The notes beneath the pieces were generated by a model that was not told the origin of the DNA, did not search any database, and saw nothing but the letters and a program-made list of their open reading frames with translations. Below are positions 12,815-25,108 of a stretch of 64,000 nt of DNA, piece by piece. A program made the translations under genes and the position numbers. Position 1 is the first letter of the stretch. Each line of letters starts with the position of its first letter. Source of the DNA: Octopus vulgaris (lineage: Eukaryota); assembly GCA_951406725.2 (NCBI GenBank), contig OX597840.1, positions 3,844,001 to 3,908,000 on the forward strand. The letters are read 5' to 3'.

Positions 12815-12985
12815 TCGCATCGCGGTACTAAATGTTTGACGGCATTTCGTCCGTCTTCCCGTTCTGAGTTCAAATTCCGCCGAGGCCGATTTCGCCCTTC
12901 ATATTTGGAAAGGTGTTGATAAAATTAGTATCAGTTGAATACTAGGGTCTATGAAATGCTGGCTTTGTGCCAACATTTGAAACAA
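12815..12985 (+). mobile_element. SINE S2, diverged, with (ATT)n-type tail
   Basis: GGCATTTCGTCCGTCTTCCCGTTCTGAGTTCAAATTCCGCCGAGG. Confidence 0.7.
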
Positions 12986-13011
12986 TTATTATCATTATTA
13001 TTATTATTATT

Positions 13012-13410
13012 CAGTAGTTTTATTTTTATAGTGTGCTTTCACTTCACTACCGAGCGCAGCTCTGTGTGCCTTGGGTATGTGCTGTGATTTGTTGTGATGC
13101 TCTGATGGTTATTGTATGGAAATTGTTCTGCGTAGGATGTGTGCAGTGCCTAGTAGTGCATTTTTTGGGTAGAGCACTGCTGTGAAGTATGCGTGTAAGA
13201 TAGAAATGTATTCCTCACGTGTCCATTTACGTCTTTTGGGTTTTATTTGCGGGACATGAGGTACAACGTCCGGCCCATTATTTTGACGGTCGTCATTTTC
13301 GTAGGGTACCGGTCCGTTTATTTCTGTTGTCACATTATTTCGCACGTGTAGTTTTTCGTACATTTTTTGTTGTAAGTTTAATGTACGTACCGCTCGATTG
13401 TTATTCTTGG

Positions 13411-13411
<1 letters not shown>
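13012..13411 (-). mobile_element. Internally deleted R4/Dong-like retrotransposon (5' region fused to 3' end) in (TAA)n
   Basis: 13012-13160 nearly identical to the 3' end of 27808-28698; upstream part encodes KRRKWTREEYISILHAYF; TTA repeats on both sides. Confidence 0.75.
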
Positions 13412-13479
<68 letters not shown>

Positions 13480-13480
<1 letters not shown>

Positions 13481-13720
13481 GTTTGACTTTTGCTTTATAT
13501 TTGAACAAGTTGGGTCCAAGTCTCACCCAGAGACCTCAAGAGACAACACGTTGGAAGTTCACGTTGTTGTTATGCCTAGTGTGCCATATATTTGGGGGGG
13601 TTATTTGGTGTTGTACTAGTGAATGTCTAATAAAAAAAAAATTTTTTTAATTGTTTGTTTCAAACCTTGAGATTACATAGAAAGTATTTTGCGTAGGAAA
13701 TGAGCAGTTCCCATAAGCAC
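13480..13720 (-). mobile_element. 3' end of a second R4/Dong-like subfamily in (TAA)n
   Basis: Minus strand VLMGTAHFLRKILSM* parallels ALLGTAHILRRTLSIQ*; different 3' UTR; TTA repeats on both sides. Confidence 0.65.
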
Positions 13721-13729
13721 TATCTTTTG

Positions 13730-13808
<79 letters not shown>

Positions 13809-13839
13809 GGTGAATGAGTGAGTCAGTGAGTGAGTGAGT

Positions 13840-14240
13840 GAGGGGAGCACACGCCATTAAAGTGATGCTGGAGGACAAATATACGAATCCTAATTTACCC
13901 ATCATGACCACTCGTCTGATAAGGGTACACCATGCACATGCATCACTATCATATGTGCGAGGCACAGTAACCTCATATGAAGGTGAACAGCACATGACGT
14001 TGCCGGTAGGACCCAGTTAAAATTATCTTCAAGTTGTGTATCCCATCCCGCTCGAAAAAGGTCCCTGAATAAGGGTTGTTAAAGGATGATGGACAAAACA
14101 CCCATTTTTCTAGAGGGAAATTATTCAAACTTCAAAGAATCCCTCTCAACACAGGGCTATGATTCTCTTCTGCTACTTCTGCTCGTAATCAGAGATGTAC
14201 ATATCTTTAGCCACCAAGGGACATGCTCAACTAGTTACGG
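13840..14240 (-). repeat. Unclassified retroposon 3' portion with (AAT)n tail
   Basis: Second partial copy at 14471-14644; both abut (TTA)n. Confidence 0.6.
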
Positions 14241-14284
14241 TCAAACAAATGACAAGCAATTCTGCCGTATCGAACAGACTATTT

Positions 14285-14431
14285 GCTGTGAAAGGTAAGA
14301 GAGTCCAGTTTGCTGGACATTGTTGTAGAGCTGAAAAAGAGGTAATTTCTACTCTTCTCCTCTGGAAGCCATCTACTCGCAATACCAGAGGGCGCACACT
14401 CTTACCCTGATGTCTGGTACTGCATCAGGGC

Positions 14432-14432
<1 letters not shown>
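14285..14432 (+). mobile_element. RTE-like LINE C-terminal fragment
   Basis: VKGKRVQFAGHCCRAEKEVISTLLLWKPSTRNTRGRT matches the RTE-type R.RFAGHC.R...LW.P...RGRP motif. Confidence 0.65.
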
Positions 14433-14471
<39 letters not shown>

Positions 14472-14648
14472 GAGTGGGAGAGCAGTGCATACCATCAAAG
14501 TGACACTGGGGTAAAATATATGAAGCCTAGTATACCCTTCATGACTACCCGTCTGATAAGAATACACCAGGCACATGCATCACAACCATATGTGCGTGAC
14601 ATGGTGATCCCATAACAAGATAAACAGCGCATGACCTTGCGGGTAGTA

Positions 14649-14708
<60 letters not shown>

Positions 14709-14709
14709 T

Positions 14710-14910
14710 GGCGTCGAGCTGGCAGAATCATTACCGCACCGGACGGAATACTCGACCGCATTTCGTCCCTCTTTACGTCCTGCGTTCAAATTCCGCCGAG
14801 GTCGACATTGCCGCTCACTGGAAGGAGGCGAGGAAGGGAGGAGGAGGGGGTCGATGTAATGAACTTACCCACATCCCCTAAAATTACTACCCTCGTGCCA
14901 AAATTTTCAA
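14710..14910 (+). mobile_element. SINE S2, diverged
   Basis: GAGCTGGCAGAATC head and GTTCAAATTCCGCCGAGGTCGAC. Confidence 0.7.
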
Positions 14911-15765
14911 GCCTTTATTATAATTAGTTAGCGTTGCTATGGCGGCAACGGTGGTGGTTCTGGTGGCGATGGCGGTTGGAATCCTGTTTCTACTGTTACA
15001 CTTTCTTTTGTCATCGAATTCTGTTCCTATTTTATTGTTGTTGTTCTTGTTGTTGTTTTTTTAGTTGTTAATTTTTACCTAATACATCATCGCTTTTGGC
15101 GGCGAATCTCTTTCATTATTGTTTGATGAATTTTTTTCCGATAATTTTTACTTTTCTAGCGAGAGGTATTTTTTTTTATAATTTTCTATTCTTTTTAAAA
15201 TTTATATATATTTTTTTTCTTTCCTTCCATTGATTTCTGGTTTTATTCTGTGTCTTTCCGTCTATGCGTATGTCTGTGTGTCTATGTGCATGTGATATGG
15301 TGGTGGTGGTGGTGGTGGTGGTGGTGATGGTAATGTTGCTGGTAATAGTGGAGTTGGTGGTGTTGATGTGATGGCTGGAAAGCAGTGGTGGTCGTCGTCG
15401 TCTTTGTCGTCGTAGCAGCGCTGACATTGTTGTGGTTGCGGCTGAAGTTGTGGTAATAGGAGTGGTGGTTGGTTGAGGTGATGGTAGTGGTGGTGGTGAT
15501 GGTAGTGGAAGGGGTAGCGGTAGTGGTGGTGGTGGTGGTGGTGGTGATGTTAATGCAGGTGATGGTGATGGCAAACTCGCTTGTTGAGTGCTATAATGGG
15601 GTTTTGTTTTTTTTTGTTTTTTTTTATTTTTTGACAATGGCCGCTAGAATGAAAATAAGACAATGCAAGTCTCTATTCCAGCATTCTTCAATATCAGAGT
15701 GAAGCAGATTAGATGCTGTAGTTATCATCATCATCCTCATCACCACTCATCACCACCATCATCAC

Positions 15766-15822
<57 letters not shown>

Positions 15823-15844
15823 CATCATCATAACACCTGTATCT

Positions 15845-16140
15845 AAGGTAGAATCGTCAACACGTCAGTCAAAATGCTTAGAAAGCATTTCGTCCGTCTT
15901 TTGCGTTCTGAGTTCAAATTTTACCGAGGTTAGCATTGCCTTTCATACTTTCGGGGGTGGGGGTCGACATTATAGTGGTTGCGGCATCTTGAGTTCAAAT
16001 GCCACCGGAGTCGACTTTGCTTTTCATTAATCACTTCGCGATCGATCAAATAAGTACCAACCTAGCGCTGTGGGGTCGATGTAATCGAATTTGCCACCTT
16101 CATCCAAAATCCAAAGACTCGTGTCTATAACACAAAGAAT
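15845..16140 (+). mobile_element. SINE S2, diverged, partly duplicated
   Basis: Two B-box plus GTCGACTTTGC-type segments. Confidence 0.65.
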
Positions 16141-16748
16141 TATTATGTTTTGGTCTTTTTGTAATTCTAACAGCATTCCTTAATTTCACAAATCTAGATT
16201 TCACACGGTTTCATACTTTGCTGTTTTGTTTTGCTGTGTCTAGGGAGCGTCATCATGCTAATATAATTAACACACACCCTGGTTCGATTCCATTCATTTA
16301 TTAAACATCCGATTCTTTTGTTTTTGTTTGTCAAATCTTCGCTGCTTCTTGCAACCTTTTCAATGACTATTGACTTAGTCCGTTATGGAGGTTGATTTCG
16401 CTTGTTTAACATCGTGCGTTTTAGTTCTCTTCCTTGCTTGTTCCGTGAGTCCGAGTTGCTTGACAGCCGAATTAAATTATTTTGTGTATAGCCTGGGGAA
16501 GATACATACTTTATTGAAGAGGAGATGTCGGATGTTATCTTGATTTTTAGACAGCAGAACACAATGTCCTTTTAAATAATCTATGTTTGAAACTTTTTAT
16601 ATATGGCTTATATTATTGTTGTTCTTGGTGTTGCTACAGCTGCAGTTGTTGTTATTGTTCTTTAGCTCTAGGTCAGCCTGAATTGAGCAAGGCATTTAGT
16701 CAAAGGAAAACCCCTTTTTAAAGTTTATGGAAGATAATATTAACTAAT

Positions 16749-16869
16749 GAGGGCTGTACGTAAAGTCTTGAGCCTCAAAGAAACAAAAATGGTACAAGAC
16801 TTCTGATGAAGGTAGAAGACTTCAAGGCTCAAAGGCCTTAATGGCTCAAGATCTTACATACACACCTCG
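16749..16869. mobile_element. Small mariner-derived MITE
   Basis: Imperfect TIRs GAGGGCTGTACGTAAAGTCTTGAGCC / GGCTCAAGATCTTACATACACACCTCG followed by TA. Confidence 0.5.
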
Positions 16870-17059
16870 TAATGTGTTCTTTCTTTGAGATGGTTGGATG
16901 GAGTTTGAGGAAGATTTAGCTGCTATTTCTAACAGGTTTTGTGACGAAGGATTTCCAGCGATTTTAGTGACGTTACATTTGTGTCAGTCTCTTGCTATCT
17001 GTTGCGGATTATTCAGAAATTTACTGTGATAACGGTTACTCTTTGATTGAAGACCTTTT

Positions 17060-17690
17060 TGTTCTTGATGTTGCTGTTGTTGATGCTGCTGTTGTTGTTG
17101 TTGTTGTTGCTGTTTTTGTTGTCACTGCTGTTGTTGTTAGTGTTTCCGTTGTTGATGATAAGGATGATAAGGAGGGGGAGGAGGAAGAGGAGGATGAATA
17201 GGAGCAGGAGGAGGAAGGGGTTAAGGAGGAGGAGGAAGAGGAGGAGGAAGGAGAGGCGGAAAAGGAGGAGGAGTAGAAGAAAGGTGAGGAGGAGGAGGAA
17301 GAGGACGACGAAGAAGTGGAGGAGGAGTAGGAGAAAGGTGATGATGATGAGGATGGGTATGGAGATCATGACGACGACGATGACGATGGTGACGATGATG
17401 ATGACAACGACGATGACGACAACGATGATAATGATGATGATGATGATGATGATGATGATATTGACGACGATGATCAATGATGGTCATGATGATGATGCTA
17501 GTGATGGTGACGGAGGCGATGCTAACGATGACGGTGATGATGAGGATGAAGATGATGGTGACGATGATGACGATGACGACGCCTTTGTACTTGTTGTTAT
17601 TGTTGTTATTGTCGCTGTCGTTGCTCCGTTATCAGTTTCTCCTATTGTTTCTCCCTTTTGTCGTTGCTCTTCTTCCTGCAGTCAATGCAG

Positions 17691-17728
<38 letters not shown>

Positions 17729-18012
17729 ACCATTGTTGCAACTACTGTTCTTCTCGCTACTCTTACCGCTACTGTCACTGCATCTGTCATTGATGTTGCT
17801 GTTGGCATTGTCGTCCTGTTCCGTATGTCTATTCATATACTTTGTATTTATTTTTATATTGTTGTTATTGTTTTGTTTTTGCTTTGTTTTTGTTTTTTTG
17901 TTGTTTTTTTTTCACGTTTTTTATTCTTCTATTTGTTAATATCGTCATCGTCATCGTTGTTGTTGTTGTTGTTGTTTTTGTTATTGTTGTTGTTGTTGTT
18001 GTTGTCGTCGTA
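17060..18012. repeat. Compound trinucleotide tract (GTT, GAG, GAT, GCT)
   Basis: Direct inspection; homopolymeric ORFs in several frames. Confidence 0.9.
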
Positions 18013-18139
18013 TCATTGTTCGTTTTTTCAGACTTGAAATAATCAAACGTGATTTTCATTGAACGTGTCTGTCTTGTGAAGAAAGGTCTGTGAATTCACC
18101 TGTAATGGTGAATGTGATCACTTGCTCATGCGCACTAAG

Positions 18140-18177
<38 letters not shown>

Positions 18178-18345
18178 CTGTATCTATGTGTACGTGTCAC
18201 TGTGGATCTATATATGTATATATATATATATGTAATGAAAGTACTTATATATATATATATATGTATATATATGTATGTATATATATATGTATATATATGT
18301 ATATATATACATATATATACATGTGTGTGTGTAAATATATATATG

Positions 18346-18378
<33 letters not shown>

Positions 18379-18702
18379 GTATATATGTATATATATATGT
18401 ATGTATATATGTGTATATATATATATGTGTGTATATATATGTATATATATGTATATATATATATATGTGTGTGTGTATATATATGTATATATATATATAT
18501 ATATATGTGTGTGTATATCTGTGTATGTGCAAGTGTACCTGCAAGTGTTTATGTCAGTGTGAGCGCATGCGTGTGGGTATTTGTGTATGTGTGCGCCTGT
18601 GTACGTGTGCGTGTATCTATGTATGTGTCTGCGAATGTGACGGTGTGAGTATGCCTCTATGCATCTGAATACGAATATATGCGATGAAAGTATACATAGG
18701 CA

Positions 18703-19098
18703 TGGGCGTGGCTGTATGGTAAAAAATCTGCTTCCCTAACAATATGGTTCCGGGTTCAGTCCCCCTGTTGGCACCTTGGGAAAGTATTTCCTCCTATATT
18801 CTCGGACCTACCAAAACCTTCTGAGTGGATTTAGTAGACGGAAACTGAAAGAATCCCATTATATGTGTGCATGCGTGGTGCCCGTGTGTGTGTATCTTCA
18901 ACACTTCACAACCGGTGTCTCTATGTGTTGTGTATGTCTCTCTTATGTGTGAGTACGTTTGTGTCTGTGAGTCTGTGTATAGAACAAGTATCAAACATAT
19001 AAACAATAAGTACCGGCGTCGATTCATACGGCTAAAAGTTCTTTAGGGCCGTGCTCCAGCGTGGCCGCAGCCTAATAGCTGAAACAAGTAAAAGATAA
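18703..19098 (+). mobile_element. SINE S1
   Basis: Head, CORE-like motif and tail present; internal segment replaced. Confidence 0.8.
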
Positions 19099-19421
19099 GA
19101 GATATGTGTGTCTCCATATGTGCCTCTTTGTATGTGCGTGTGTCTGTGTGTGTCTATTGGTGTCTCTATGTTTGCGTATGTCTCTCTTATGTGTGAGTAC
19201 GTTTGTGTCTGTGAGTCTGTGTATAGGTGTCTCTATGTTTGTGTATCTATGTGTATATGTATCTCCTATGTGTGCGTATGTGAGTGTGTGTTTCTGTGAA
19301 GGGATGAACGCCTACATAAGTAACTGTGAAACCGAAAATTATTTCTCCATCTGTTCCCAATATAACAAAACCTACAACAAATACGACGAGATGTGTTTAT
19401 GACTTTATTCTTTTATTACTC

Positions 19422-19813
19422 TTTTACTCTTTTACTTGTTTCAGTCATTTGACTGTGGCCATGCTGGAGCACCGCCTTTACTCGAGCAAATCGACCCCAG
19501 GACTTATTCCTTGTAAGCCTGGTACTTATTCTATCGTTATCTTTTGCCGAACCGCTAAGTAACGGGGACGTAAACACACCAGCATCGGTGTTGGGGAGAC
19601 AAACACAGACACACAAACACACACATATATGTATACATATACGTATATACGACGGGCTTCTTTCAGTTTCCGTCTACCAAATCCACTCACAAGGCTTTGG
19701 TCGGTCCAAGGCTATAGTAGAAGACACTTGCCCAAGGTGTCACGCAGTGGGACTGAACCCGGAACCATGCGGTTCATAAGCAAGCTACTTACCACACAGC
19801 CACTCCTACGCCT
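19422..19813 (-). mobile_element. SINE S1, full length
   Basis: Reverse complement of the S1 consensus seen in this window. Confidence 0.85.
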
Positions 19814-20521
19814 ATTGTTTGGTAACTAATTTCAAATCATACTTAGCACAAAGGACAAAAGCATATACAAGGCGGTACTCCAGCATGGCCACAGTCTAAT
19901 GACTGAAACAAATAAAATTGAAAATAAAAGTAAAATAGTTCTTCGACCTGCCTCCAAGAAATAACAACAAAATCACATTTTGGCTAACTGACAGCCACAG
20001 GTTCTACATCGCATTAATATCATTTGTGATACACTACATCGTCTGGTGGTTATAGTCGGTCAGTTAGACAACGATGTACGAAACCATAGGCCCGAGGTTT
20101 TTGTGGATTCAAATTCGAAAGAACAATTAAAATCTATCAGTTTGGATCATAAAAGACAATGGTCATACTTCGTTGCAACGTTCTTTTGTACCAAGTGTAC
20201 GCGGATTTTTACTATTATTTGAATCGTAACGGTATAAGCGACCATTATAGAAGTATATTGACAGCTATAGTAAATAAGATACTGGCAAACATTTAGTACA
20301 ATATTGGTCTGTAAGTTTCTAATGAGATGCATTTAGAAGTATTCCAAGGACTAGTTATACATCCATCCATATACAGCTAACAATATGAAGACAGTGGTGC
20401 AGATAGACCGATTAGGTTTCATATAAATAAATACATATATTAATACGTATAAACATAGATATAATAAACTTATTCAAGATATAGATACATATGTAGAAGC
20501 ATATATATAAATATATGTGTG

Positions 20522-20557
<36 letters not shown>

Positions 20558-20561
<4 letters not shown>

Positions 20562-20868
20562 CGTGATCACCGTGACCGACCAGGCTATCAGATGTTGGTA
20601 CACATCGCTGGTCACAATGCGCTTCGCATTGTTTTAGCCTTCAAATGACGCCACTCCGCTGGCTAAGCGAGCAGGCCAACAGAAGTAAGAGTAAGAGAAA
20701 GTTGTGGAGAAGGAGTACAGCAGAGATCGCCACCACCCCCTGCCGGAGCTTCGTGGAGCTTAAGGTGTTTTCGCTCAATAAACACTCACAACGCCCGGTC
20801 TGGGAATCGAAACTGCGATCCTACGACCGCGAGTCCGCTACCCTAACCACTGGGCTATTGCGCCTCCA
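20558..20868 (-). mobile_element. tRNA-headed SINE family S3
   Basis: Head GGAGGCGCAATAGCCCAGTGGTTAGGG...GTTTCGATTCCCAGACC shared with 30033 and 50804. Confidence 0.8.
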
Positions 20869-20869
20869 C

Positions 20870-20933
<64 letters not shown>

Positions 20934-21030
20934 TAATAATAATGGGTAAAATTAATTAATTAATTAATGATTAATAATTTTACCAAGTAGTTCGGTATGT
21001 TAAAAGGACCATTATCAGTAAACTTATACA

Positions 21031-21242
21031 AAAATTCTATAATTATGAGTAAAATTATAATTAATTATAACTGCTTCACCACATACCGAAATTCAGAAAT
21101 AGCAGTTAAAACTATTTCACTGGGAGATTTTCTCATAATAGTGAAATAGTTAGTTTTAACTGCTATTTCTAAATTTCGGTATGTGGTGAAGCAAATTTTT
21201 GCTGAACCCTAATTATAATTATACCCATAATTATAAAATTTT
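21031..21242. repeat. Fold-back inverted repeat, about 210 bp
   Basis: TGCTTCACCACATACCGAAATTCAGAAATAGCAGTTAAAACTA / TAGTTTTAACTGCTATTTCTAAATTTCGGTATGTGGTGAAGCA plus outer arms. Confidence 0.85.
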
Positions 21243-21263
21243 ATATATATGTGTATATGTATG

Positions 21264-21321
<58 letters not shown>

Positions 21322-21543
21322 ATATTAAGAAAAAAAGCACCTTTTATCAATTCAAAAATGAATAATTAAATTACACCATCTAGAAAATTACATATAATAG
21401 AAAAGTTAAAATTAAAATAACAATTAAAAAGTAAAGATTAAGTAAATTACAAAAATAATATAATGTATATAATAGGTAAAAAAGCGACACGTGTTTCGCT
21501 GCTATATTTGGATTTTATTCCCTCAAATAATAATTATATATAC

Positions 21544-21618
<75 letters not shown>

Positions 21619-22342
21619 GGGCTATTCTTTACTGGAAAGCAATACTCTCGTATTGCATTACTATTTATATATATATATATATATACAGGGGGAGAGAGAA
21701 AGGGGGAGATTTACATTTACAAGGAGCATAGAAAATGCAGAATACTAAGGAGAGTGTGCATAGGTTTTTAACTCGACAGCTGTTTCTAGGACCTCGGAAT
21801 TAGCTAATAATCGTAATGTTCATAATAACAGATAGAATATGCAAAAAGTTATGGATATACACCTAGTAAATGGGATGTGCAACTACTAAATGGTCACATA
21901 GAGATATTACCATAAAACTGGTTTTGCAAGTAAGGTAAACCGAAACTGGAAACCAAGTACTTCCAAACAAACGATCGTTGCAAACAACCTTGAACGACCT
22001 AGGAATAAATTTCATAACAGATTTTGTACTGTTCGGTATTTTGTCTGGATTCCACCCCCAGGAACTCCACTCTCTTCTGCAATTAATCCATAGTCGAGTT
22101 TCATTAAAGTTCAAAATTCTGAATATATGCCAGTTCATGAAAGAATAATTTTTCATCTGTTAATTAGTGAGCTGTTAACAAGATGATATAGATGTCTGTT
22201 TAAAGTTATTGGCAGCATTAAACTGAGGTGGTTTAGTGTTTAGTGTTTAGTATGTTGCTGTCCATTTAAGTACGCCCCGCTGCAGAGAAATGGCGTTTAG
22301 TGTTTCATTGATAAAGAGAGACCGCCGAGTAGTGGTGATAGT

Positions 22343-22394
<52 letters not shown>

Positions 22395-22469
22395 GTGTGT
22401 GCGTGTGTGCATGTGCGTGTGTGCGTGTACATACATACATGTATACGTAAGTAGATAGATAGATAGATG

Positions 22470-22531
<62 letters not shown>

Positions 22532-22574
22532 CAGACAGACATATAGATAGATAAATAGATAGATATATAGAAAG

Positions 22575-23095
22575 ATATGTTTCTTTATTAGCCACACAGG
22601 GCTGCACACAGACAGGACAAATTACAAGGTACGGCTTTTCTTTTGGGGGTAAAAAAAGAGGGTTTGGTTTTCGATCAAAAGGGATCGTAAAGGGAAAGAA
22701 AGAGGACAAAAAAAGGGGGGAATAAAATTTTTTTTTTAAATAAAAGGGGGGGAGGAAAAAAGGGAAAGGAACAAAAAAATTGATCAATAGGGATCGTTAT
22801 CACAGAAATGTCAATATGAAGTGTAAAGGGGAGGACAGGTGAGGTTTACCCGTGGAAAGAAAAGCCTACGGAAAAGACCACGGTAACCTCGGTCAATGAA
22901 GTCACATGTTATATTTCTTTTTTTTTTGCAAATAAGCAACTCTCTGTATTAATTTTTACGGCTCATAGAATCATAGTCAAGGTGGCTTCGTCATTCATAC
23001 GTGCCATCCTTGCTACATTCACCCATCTTTTTTAAAACATTCACTAGACAACACTTGCCTCTCTACTCTCACTTTCCTCTTCAAGTGATACTTAG
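22575..23095 (-). mobile_element. LINE 3' end (Tx1/L1-like)
   Basis: Inverted homologue of 24590-25108; 3' UTR ends GGCTAATAAAGAAACA next to (GATA)n. Confidence 0.7.
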
Positions 23096-23661
23096 GTAGA
23101 CACAAGGCAGACAGACAAGCATGCAAGAAGGCACACGGGAAGGCATACAAGCAGACAGACATGCATTTAGAGAGATAGGCAAAGAGAAAGATCGGTAAAA
23201 AAAGAAAGAGAGAAAGAAGAAAATAGAAATTAAGTTGTTTAATTATGGAATGACAGAATTAGTGACAATAAAAGAACAGGTGAGTCAATTAACAGGTTTC
23301 AGCATGCTCGGATAGGAAGAGGTTAACAAATAAGAAGGAAAACATTTAAAATAATTAATTAACTAATCAGATAGATAGCTAATTGGATTGGTAAATAATT
23401 CACAAAAGGTAGATTATATATTTTTGAAAAAAAAAAATTATAAATAGGTAAATAACTACACAAAATATAAATAAAACAAGTGTAATAATAAATATTAATT
23501 TGAAACTCTTTCATACTTATATGGTTATGTATGTATTAACATAGATGTCGCTTCAGTACTCACTCTCTATTTTACTCTCGCCCCCCCTCTATCTCTCTCC
23601 TTCGCTCCCTGTATCTGTCTTCATATGTATATATGTGTGTGTGTGTGTATAAATATATATA

Positions 23662-23709
<48 letters not shown>

Positions 23710-23759
23710 TATATATATATGTATATATGTATATATGTATATATGTATATATAGATATA

Positions 23760-23798
<39 letters not shown>

Positions 23799-23855
23799 AC
23801 GTACACATAGAAATACACGTATTTATAAACGTGTAAGTGTATATATATATATATT

Positions 23856-23891
<36 letters not shown>

Positions 23892-24218
23892 CATATATAA
23901 TATATATATGTATATATATAAATAAATATACATATATATATAAATATATACATATATATGTATATATACATATATATGTATATATACAAACACAAATATA
24001 CATATGCATATAATGTATGTATGTATCTATCTCTCTAGCAATAAGCGCGCGCGCATATGTACATAGTGTTGTTTGAAGTATTCGAATATATATCAAAACA
24101 ATGTGTCGTAGGATAATATGTTATAGAATTATAGAATAACAATATCTTTGAACCATTGAATATTAGTTATAAAAATAACAAAGATAATCAAATTTTACTT
24201 TAGAAATATGTAATAAGT

Positions 24219-24253
24219 CACAATATTTCGGGTAAAATACCCCTTTTCAAATG
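24219..24253 (-). ncRNA. Minimal HHR-like motif with U3-A8 core
   Basis: Reverse complement CAT-TTGAAAA-G-GGGT atttt ACCC-GAAA-TA-T-T-GTG; homologue at about 29431-29472 has TTGAATA. Confidence 0.45.
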
Positions 24254-24589
24254 GATTTTGAAAATGAATATACGTCCGTTGAATATTGTAGCTAGCTTTC
24301 TGTGTGAGCGGCGGGCAAAATCCAATGAATGTAGGAATGTAGATTTTCAGGCTGTCTATTGCTTTCCATGGAGCTATTTATTAGAATGAGTGGTATTCGC
24401 TCAGGTATTCTAATATAAGATGACTGTAAGAAGTCATAGAGGTATCTACTACGGCTGTTGCTATTCTTATTAAAACAGGCTGGTGATTGTAGATTTGTAT
24501 TTAAATATATCAAGATAGAAGATAATTGATGTTACAGTCAGTGATTCTGATGCTGAATGCTATACTACGCTTCATATTACTATATTACA

Positions 24590-25108
24590 CTTTCCTCTCT
24601 GGCCAATCTCTCATCAACTTCTTCAAGTATCACTTGAAAAGGAAAGTGAAAGTAGAGAGGCAAGTTTTGTCTAGCGAATGTTTTAAAAAAAGATGGGTGA
24701 ATGTAGCAGGGATGGCACGTATGAATAACGAAGCCACCTTGAGCATAATCCTATAAACCCAGAAATTTAAAACAGAGGGTTACCTACTTGCAAACAAATG
24801 TGGTAACATGTAACAATATTGACCGCGGTTACCGTGGTCTTTTCCGAAGGCTTTTCTTCCCACGGATAAACCTTATCTGCTTCCCCCTTTACACCTTACA
24901 TCATGACACTGTGATACACGATCCCTATTGATAATTTTTCGTTTTTTTTTTCTCTTTTCTTTTCCTTTTTTTTCTTTTTTTTTCTTCTTTCACTTTTACG
25001 ATCCCTTTTGAACGAAAACCTACCCCGCCTTTTTTTTCCCAAAACGAAAAGCTCTACTTTGTAATCTGTCCCGTCTGTGTGCAGCCCTGTGAGGCTAATA
25101 AAGAAACA
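24590..25108 (+). mobile_element. LINE 3' end (Tx1/L1-like)
   Basis: FLSGQSLINFFKYHLKRKVKVERQVLSSECFKKRWVNVAG...* followed by a T-rich UTR and AATAAAGAAA; clade assignment from motif resemblance only. Confidence 0.7.

Noticed and set aside
16803-16830. CTGATGA HHR-like core
   Set aside because: No GAAA or stem III follows; lies inside a small MITE
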